A DNA stretch of 64,000 nt, taken from an uncultured Bacteriovoracaceae bacterium. Lineage in GTDB: Bacteria > Bdellovibrionota > Bacteriovoracia > Bacteriovoracales > Bacteriovoracaceae. A model generated the notes under the pieces. It saw only the letters and a list, made by a program, of their open reading frames with translations. It ran no database searches and was not told where the DNA came from. The DNA lies in the NCBI GenBank assembly GCA_964012805.1, contig CAXGUD010000006.1:64001-128000 (forward strand). Direction: 5' to 3'. The position numbers and the translations under genes were made by a program. Shown here in pieces: positions 57,681 to 64,000 of this stretch (position 1 is its first letter; every line of letters begins with the position of its first letter).

Positions 57681-60149
57681 TTAATGCTCCCTTTCCCTTT
57701 TTCTTTCTAAAGCGTCAGCGGCCCTTCCCAGTCTTCTTTTCATTTTTTGAAGATCGATATCGTGAGGAGGCGGATTTATCACCTCTTCTTGTTTTTTTCT
57801 AACGGTTTCAATTTCTGGGACAACAATTTCACCCTCCCTTAAGTTTTTAAGAAGGCTTTTTGTAGAAGCATGACTTGTGTTTGTTTCCACCAGCCATTTC
57901 TCAAGGTCTTCATCTTGAACCCCTGGAGGTAACGGGGGGACGCAAGAGGGGCAACCCCATTTGCAAGGACAAGCTTCAATAATTTTATGACATAGCTCTA
58001 AGGCCTCGGTAAAAAGGTCATAAATTTTTTCACTATACCCAACGCCCCCTTCATGGGCATCAAAAAGGTAAAGAGCGCAGTCCCAATCGTCTTTGTTTTT
58101 AGTGAGGGAAACATCAGTTTGGATATCTTCTTTACTTCCCATACAAAACCCTGGAGCTGTCCTTCTTAGAAGATAGCTAAGTCCGTAGAGGGCCCCTGTT
58201 TTAAGTCTTTTGTCGGCGTTATCTAATTGTTTTTGCCACTCCCTATTGGGAAGAAGGCAAAGTCCTGTCGTTTCATATTCAAAGGGAGCGAGAGTAATAG
58301 GGCCATAGCCAATATTTTCGTAAGTCCTCTCCCTTATTTTTTTAAATAGCTTTGGTTGGCGGTTTGTGTAGATGTCTCCAAACTGGAGGTCAGATCCAAG
58401 AAGGTTTTTCTTTTCCAGGATGTCATGCATTTCAACTCTGCTTTCCCAGACTGCTTCTGTGTAATAATCGACATCAACTCTTTCAACCTCGCAAAGCTTT
58501 TTTTCAAGGTCTAGGTTAAGGGACATAAACCGTTCACCTAAGTGTTGGTAAATGGCGTCCTTATAAAGAGTTCCTCTCGCACCAATAGGGTCGATTTCTC
58601 CAATGACCACGCCCTTGTGAAAAATCTCAATATTATAATCAGTCATTCCCCTTAAGTTGACGCCTCTTGAAGGAAAGTGAACACCATCATAGCGGAGGTC
58701 ACCTTCGACTTCTTTTAAAGTACCTTTTTTGAGGAGGACTTTTTTGGCCTCTTCTAAAAGAGTTGGGTCACAATGTTTTTCATACTCCCTTAAAGGGTAC
58801 TCCTGGGCCATACAAGGAAGGTGCTGGAGAAAGATATAGGGGTTATCAGCATTAAGCCAGGCCTGTTCAATAGGTGCCTTTGTCATAAAGTCAGGGTTAT
58901 TCACAATATACTGATCAACGGGAGCGTTCCTCCCAACAAAAACCACAGCAGCTCTTTTTCCCTTACGGCCTACCCTTCCTGCTTGCTGCCAAAAGCTCGC
59001 AACGGTTCCAGGGTGACCATTGATAATACAAAGCTCAAGGTCACCAATATCAATGCCTAGCTCTAAAGCGTTGGTGGTTATAATCGTTGTGATTTTGCCA
59101 TCAAAAAGGTCCCTTTCTAGTTTCCTTCTTTCGTTAGGAAGAAGGCCCCCCCTATAAGGCTTTACTTTATCTTTTAATTGATAGTGGCCATCAGTGACGG
59201 CGCGGTAGAGCCTTTCAACTTGTTGACGGGCCTTACAAAAGCAAATTGTCCTGACCCCTTCCATAGTTGCTTTTCTTATAAGAGGGATTGCAACACTCGC
59301 TGGCCCTTTCCTAAAATAGGTGTCGCCGTGACCTTTGACTAAAGGTGGATTTGTAAAATAAAGGTCTCTTTCAGGTTTAGGGGCCCCATCAAGGCCAACA
59401 ACACTGAAGGGTTGTTGGAAAAGGGCCTCAACATGTTCTTTTGGGTTTCCAACGGTTGCTGAAGAGCATACAAATTGAGGTTTACTGCCATGAAGTTCAG
59501 CAACTCTTTGAAGCCGCCTCATAACGTTTGCCGTGTGGGAGCCATAAACTCCTCTATAAGTGTGAACTTCATCGACGACGATATATTTAAGCCTTGAAAG
59601 AAAATAACGCCATCTTCTATTATGGTTAGGAAGAATACCAGCGTGAAGCATATCTGGGTTTGTTAAAATGAAGTCGGCACTTCTTTGAAGAAGTGACCTT
59701 TCTTCTCTTGGAGTGTCCCCGTCAAAAGTTCCAAGTTTTCGCTCCCTCACGATACCACTCATTAGTTGGTAAAGAGTACTTTCCTGATCCCTTGAGAGGG
59801 CCTTCGTTGGGTAAAGGAGGAGGACGCTAAATGGAGCCTTTGATTTCAGGTATTCATCAAGTATGGGGAGCCAAAAAGAAAGTGTCTTTCCGCTAGCTGT
59901 TTGACTTACGATAACTGTGTTATCTCCCTTTTTAATTTTTTGAAAAGCATCGGCTTGATGAGAGTAAAGTGATTCAATGCCTGTGTCTTTTAAGATGCCT
60001 TGAATTCCCTCATGCATATTGTCTGGGAAAGGCGCAAAAGAGCCTTTGGTAGAGGGAAGAGTTTGTTGGGCGCTAATTTCAGGAAAAAACTTTTGCTCAA
60101 AAAATTGAAGAGTTTTTTCTAAGGGGTTTAAGGAGACATTGCCAAGCAT
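57681..60149 (-). CDS. DEAD/DEAH-box helicase with DUF1998 zinc domain (MrfA/SftH/Hrq1 family)
   Basis: LYSHQ, TASGKT, YPTKAL, DEVH, SAT, QQAGRVGR, C-terminal CPCKWGCPSC. Confidence 0.92.
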   Translation of the reverse strand: MLGNVSLNPLEKTLQFFEQKFFPEISAQQTLPSTKGSFAPFPDNMHEGIQGILKDTGIESLYSHQADAFQKIKKGDNTVIVSQTASGKTLSFWLPILDEYLKSKAPFSVLLLYPTKALSRDQESTLYQLMSGIVRERKLGTFDGDTPREERSLLQRSADFILTNPDMLHAGILPNHNRRWRYFLSRLKYIVVDEVHTYRGVYGSHTANVMRRLQRVAELHGSKPQFVCSSATVGNPKEHVEALFQQPFSVVGLDGAPKPERDLYFTNPPLVKGHGDTYFRKGPASVAIPLIRKATMEGVRTICFCKARQQVERLYRAVTDGHYQLKDKVKPYRGGLLPNERRKLERDLFDGKITTIITTNALELGIDIGDLELCIINGHPGTVASFWQQAGRVGRKGKRAAVVFVGRNAPVDQYIVNNPDFMTKAPIEQAWLNADNPYIFLQHLPCMAQEYPLREYEKHCDPTLLEEAKKVLLKKGTLKEVEGDLRYDGVHFPSRGVNLRGMTDYNIEIFHKGVVIGEIDPIGARGTLYKDAIYQHLGERFMSLNLDLEKKLCEVERVDVDYYTEAVWESRVEMHDILEKKNLLGSDLQFGDIYTNRQPKLFKKIRERTYENIGYGPITLAPFEYETTGLCLLPNREWQKQLDNADKRLKTGALYGLSYLLRRTAPGFCMGSKEDIQTDVSLTKNKDDWDCALYLFDAHEGGVGYSEKIYDLFTEALELCHKIIEACPCKWGCPSCVPPLPPGVQDEDLEKWLVETNTSHASTKSLLKNLREGEIVVPEIETVRKKQEEVINPPPHDIDLQKMKRRLGRAADALERKREREH

Positions 60150-60243
60150 AATAAAAACCTTGTTTGAGACAAAGAGTTCCTACCACTTTTTTAAAAAGAC
60201 GCCAAATGAATGAGCGGCAAATTAATTTTAAGAAGAAATAAAG

Positions 60244-61224
60244 CTACTCTACTGCCGTAACTTTCCAGAGAAGGTTGGAGGTTGGAGATGAAGAAGATGA
60301 CCATGTGACGCCATCGCTTGATTTATAAATGATGCCATTACTACCAACTGCAACAAAAAGGGAGTCTCCATAGGTAACACCACGAAAGTCCTCCCCAGAA
60401 CCGATCGATCGGTCTGTCCAATCTGTGCCGTTTGTTGAATAGATTATGGTTGTTGATCTTCCTACGGAGAGAAGTTTTCCGCCACCGTAGACAATATCCG
60501 TGAGGTTTGTGCTTACACCAGTAGTTAGTTGAGTCCAGTTAAAAAAATCACTGGACTTTATAACAAGACCACTGTCGCCAACGGCATAAAGGTTTGAACC
60601 GTCGTTTGTGATGCCTAGTAAAGACTTGTTTTGACTAAAATTTGTTCCCGAAAAGTCCCATGAACTCCCATTTGTAGAGTTTCCGATAGAGTTTCCTGTC
60701 ACATTTGTGCCACAACAAGCGACTGCCACATACCTGCTATTAAAATAGGTTGAATCTGAAAGCTCTCTTTGTGTTGAGGTTGCGATTTTGTTCCAAGTGC
60801 TACCATCTGATGAAGTTAGGATAATCGAGCTACCACCCGTTGTTTCGTTTCCTGCTACGATAACAAATAAGCCGTTGCCATAAAAAATACCAATAAGATT
60901 GGCACTTGTTCCAGTCGAAATGCTTTCCCAAGACTCACCGTCGGTTGATTTGAGGAGTAAACCGCTTCTTCCGACAGCATAGAAATTGCTGTTTATATAT
61001 TTTACATCAAAAAGCTCTGTAGAGGTTCCCGAAGTCTGCGTTTCCCAACTAGAGCCATCAGTAGAGGTTATAATAGTTCCTTGCTGGCCTACTGCTACAA
61101 ACTTGATTGAAGCTGGAGTATCGTTATTCTCTGTTCCGCTACTGCTACCACCTGAAGATGACCCCCCACAATTAAGAAATAGAAGGTGGCTTATTAAGAG
61201 AATAACTAGTGAGCTCAATTTCAT
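60244..61224 (-). CDS. Ser/Thr-rich lipoprotein with BNR/YVTN-like beta-propeller repeats
   Basis: Lipobox-like FLNC followed by GGSSSGG; repeated FVAVG..G.I..S.DG..W units. Confidence 0.85.
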   Translation of the reverse strand: MKLSSLVILLISHLLFLNCGGSSSGGSSSGTENNDTPASIKFVAVGQQGTIITSTDGSSWETQTSGTSTELFDVKYINSNFYAVGRSGLLLKSTDGESWESISTGTSANLIGIFYGNGLFVIVAGNETTGGSSIILTSSDGSTWNKIATSTQRELSDSTYFNSRYVAVACCGTNVTGNSIGNSTNGSSWDFSGTNFSQNKSLLGITNDGSNLYAVGDSGLVIKSSDFFNWTQLTTGVSTNLTDIVYGGGKLLSVGRSTTIIYSTNGTDWTDRSIGSGEDFRGVTYGDSLFVAVGSNGIIYKSSDGVTWSSSSSPTSNLLWKVTAVE

Positions 61225-61452
61225 AAAACTCTCTTAAGATTAATAGATTTCTAACTACTGTAAGCTTTTTTATAACATGATAAGAGAAATAATTTTGACA
61301 ATTTTTTGGGTGCAAGCCAATAAAAAATTCTGTTTACATCGTTTTGAATTGATCATCTAGCGTGAATTATTATCTAGATAAATAACTTATTTTAAAAAAT
61401 GATATAATATGAGGTTATACCAAAGTATCAGCAGAGAAATTATTGTATGTTT

Positions 61453-63075
61453 TCATATGCTCAAGTTATTTTTAAATTTTTCTTTTAGGGCCTTTTCCTT
61501 TTTGTGGAAAGGAAGGTTTAAAGTGACTTCTGTATATTTTCCCTCTTCAGATTGAAGTTCAATGGAACCACCAACTTTTTCGATCATTTTTTTTGTAATG
61601 AAGAGACCTATACCAGAACTTGCTGTATCGTTTGTTTGGAATGGCTTGTCAAATATATCCTTAAGCTTATTTTGCTGAATGCCCGAACCAAAATCGATGA
61701 CTTTTATTTCAACTCTAAAGTGTTTTTTTTCTTTAATTACGATAATAATCTTTTTTTCAAGGTGATCCTCTTTTTGATAGGAGTTATATGAATTGTTAAA
61801 CAAATTCAGAAAAACCTGAAAAAAATTATTTGCATGATCTGCAACGAAGTATTCAGAGTCTATATCACCTTTTAATTCTAAGGAAACTTTATCCTTAAGT
61901 GGAAGATGGAATATTTCATTGGCAAATTTAATGGTTTCTATCAAGTTACTCCTAACTTTTGTTGATTGAAGATTCTTAGTAAAAGACTTAAGCCTTTCAA
62001 TTAAAGTTTTTATGGCATTACTCGCTTCTAATGACTTTGAAGTAAGTTCAGTATTTTCCAAAAAGGCTTTATCTTCTCCATATTTTTGTTTTAAATTTTC
62101 GTTATTTTCTTCAATAAGATCTAGATTTAAAATAATAGAGGAAAGGGGGTTAAAAATATCATGGGCGCAACCAGCAGCTGAAAGACCTAGGTGGACTAGT
62201 TTCTCTTTCTGGGCAACTTCTTTTTCTTTAAGTATAGATTCAGTTGTGTCTAAAAAGCTTAAAAAATACATACGAAGTGCTGGGCTATACCAAGTATGGA
62301 TTTGAAAGATTGAGTTTTTATCTTTTTTTAAGAAATAATTAGGAACTTTAACAGCGTTTTTTATAAGAAAGTAATTCGTTTTTTTCTTAAGCTGCCTAAA
62401 CTCCACTTTACTTTCAAAAAGAAAAGGGACTATGAGTTTACAATCTTTTCCCAAGCTTAAAAAATCCTTGAAGGTATTTTTCCATTCTGGGTTAATATCA
62501 AGTATTTCTCCTTTTTCACTAATAAGAGCGCGGGCAACACCTCCATAGTCATAAACTTCTCTATATTGATGCTCCATTTTAATTAACTTCTTGTAGGTTT
62601 GTTTCTTTTCAAACTGAAGGTAAGTCCAGGTTTTTAAGGTTTTATGGCCATGGTAATGATTCAGGATAAAAATGTTAATTAGAAGGAAAAAAATAAATAA
62701 TTCCTGATAGAAAATATGAGGGGCTACATTTTGATTTAAAAATATATAAAGACCCATTTGGAGGACTGTTAAGAGTGTTAGCTGGTTGATTTTAAATGGA
62801 AGAAAGCCTGCTACTAAAAGGTAAGGACAAAAAATAACTGCTCTATAAATAACATCAAACGATTTTGGATGATTTAAAAGATTGTCTAAGTATAAATTTA
62901 TAAAAAAAATGATCCAAAAAATGCTTAAAAATGGTCTTTGGGCCACTGGTTTAAATTTGATGGCGGTTAAAATTATTGGTAGAACACCTAGGCAAAACAG
63001 ACTGAGTATCGAAAAATCCATTGGTAATTGTAGATAGAAATAAACCATTAATAAATATATTGGTGTAGCGAGCAT
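61453..63075 (-). CDS. membrane sensor histidine kinase (HisKA + HATPase)
   Basis: About five TMs, PAS-like segment, AHDIFNPL, QVFLNLFNNS, DFGSGI, GIGL; frame stays open about 40 codons upstream of the called ATG. Confidence 0.88.
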   Translation of the reverse strand: MLATPIYLLMVYFYLQLPMDFSILSLFCLGVLPIILTAIKFKPVAQRPFLSIFWIIFFINLYLDNLLNHPKSFDVIYRAVIFCPYLLVAGFLPFKINQLTLLTVLQMGLYIFLNQNVAPHIFYQELFIFFLLINIFILNHYHGHKTLKTWTYLQFEKKQTYKKLIKMEHQYREVYDYGGVARALISEKGEILDINPEWKNTFKDFLSLGKDCKLIVPFLFESKVEFRQLKKKTNYFLIKNAVKVPNYFLKKDKNSIFQIHTWYSPALRMYFLSFLDTTESILKEKEVAQKEKLVHLGLSAAGCAHDIFNPLSSIILNLDLIEENNENLKQKYGEDKAFLENTELTSKSLEASNAIKTLIERLKSFTKNLQSTKVRSNLIETIKFANEIFHLPLKDKVSLELKGDIDSEYFVADHANNFFQVFLNLFNNSYNSYQKEDHLEKKIIIVIKEKKHFRVEIKVIDFGSGIQQNKLKDIFDKPFQTNDTASSGIGLFITKKMIEKVGGSIELQSEEGKYTEVTLNLPFHKKEKALKEKFKNNLSI

Positions 63076-63313
63076 TGAAAAGTAGGATAATATTCTTAAT
63101 CTGCTTTCTAAAAGAAACTTAACGTTGGATTCGTAGTTTTCACTCCAAGGATTTCTTGTGTTTTTATTTATAATTTTGTGTCCCGTTTTATGGTCAAAAC
63201 CTTACTTCCTCAGTTTATCAATCTGTTTGTCGTCCAGTAAACATTTTTTGCGGTTTTGACCTTAATTGATGATGGCCTTTCGATTTTTTTTATGGGGGGG
63301 AAGGTCCTTCTTT

Positions 63314-64000
63314 TTAAAGGTTATAAGTTAAGCCTACCCCCATGATATGTTTTGTATAAGAGGAAGATGAGTCTTTGGAAACCTTCTTTGTATAAGCATA
63401 ATTGATATTGGTGCTTAAGTTTTTCCAGGGCTTGGTTATTGTTAAACTAGGGTCGTGTGAGCTTTCAATGCCTTTTGTGGAATCGAAGACGTTGTTTGTT
63501 ATTGAAAAAGAATAACTTGGGGCAAGACTGAGTCCCCAAAAGGACTTTTTGGTAAAAGTTGGGGCAAAACTAAGCTTATATTCATCAGTATCACTACTTG
63601 GTGCCTCTTTATAAACATTAAAATCAGCATTAAAAGTGACGGCCAGGTTTAATGTTTTTCCTAATTTTAAGTTTTGATTGAGATTGATTGTCATTGCATT
63701 ACTATCAAGACTTGTTGAGTAGGCTTCCTTTTTTTTAAACTTAAATTTGAAAGCTGTACTGCCTGTTGAAAATAGTTGAAACTCATGGCCAATTGAAAGA
63801 AGGAGGTGTTTTGAATAATAAACTAACTTTTTTGTTGAGTTGGGGTCTTGCAATGTGTGGTTGTATTCTAAATCCACCATTGTTTTAGACATTTTGTTAA
63901 AAGTAGTTTGTTCCCAGATAAAAGAAAAAGCAGAATCAACAGAAAGGTTATCATTTTGGTAAATACTTGGATTGTCCCTTTGGATGTGTTGTTTTGTTGA
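63314..64000 (-). CDS. outer-membrane beta-barrel protein, 5' end outside the window
   Basis: Frame open to the window edge; amphipathic strands; C-terminal GVGLTYNL beta-signal. Confidence 0.7.
   Translation of the reverse strand, partial: STKQHIQRDNPSIYQNDNLSVDSAFSFIWEQTTFNKMSKTMVDLEYNHTLQDPNSTKKLVYYSKHLLLSIGHEFQLFSTGSTAFKFKFKKKEAYSTSLDSNAMTINLNQNLKLGKTLNLAVTFNADFNVYKEAPSSDTDEYKLSFAPTFTKKSFWGLSLAPSYSFSITNNVFDSTKGIESSHDPSLTITKPWKNLSTNINYAYTKKVSKDSSSSYTKHIMGVGLTYNL

Noticed and set aside
57681..60149. DISARM (DrmB) or other DUF1998 defence system
   Set aside because: DUF1998 is fused to a complete SF2 helicase as in MrfA/SftH/Hrq1; no methylase, DrmA or PLD nuclease neighbours
3168..62305. 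Many short ORFs in the track that overlap long genes (for example 7171-7449, 20359-20826, 32865-33242, 44981-45325, 62012-62305)
   Set aside because: Antisense or alternate-frame shadows of well-supported genes, with no motifs or ribosome-binding sites

Overview
AT-rich bacterial chromosomal window. The gene content suggests a marine Bdellovibrionota (Bacteriovoracia-like) genome; this is an inference from membrane-anchored CheA-like 'class III' histidine kinases, many secreted or lipoprotein hypotheticals and sigma-28-like promoters. I found no rRNA, tRNA, CRISPR array or mobile element. The main candidate for an undescribed system is a divergently transcribed ~10 kb biosynthetic cluster (18481-28427). 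It encodes an OleD-like extended SDR, a NodU/CmcH carbamoyltransferase, an OleA-like KAS III, a cytochrome P450, a JmjC Fe/2OG enzyme, a LolA-like sorting protein and an MMPL/RND exporter. The JmjC iron motif is H-x-A instead of H-x-D, the signature of radical halogenases. Other notable items are a stand-alone blue-tuned DTE proteorhodopsin, two 7TM-DISM/Hpt/CheA-like kinases (one with two Hpt domains) flanking a Vibrio-type alkaline phosphatase, and a tandem DddK/DddW-like cupin. There is also an ankyrin plus transglutaminase-elicitor-like gene pair, an MVL-lectin gene behind a sigma-54 promoter, a one-cysteine DksA, an MrfA/SftH helicase and an RDD gene split by an in-frame stop. All family assignments come from motif reading and recall, not from database searches.
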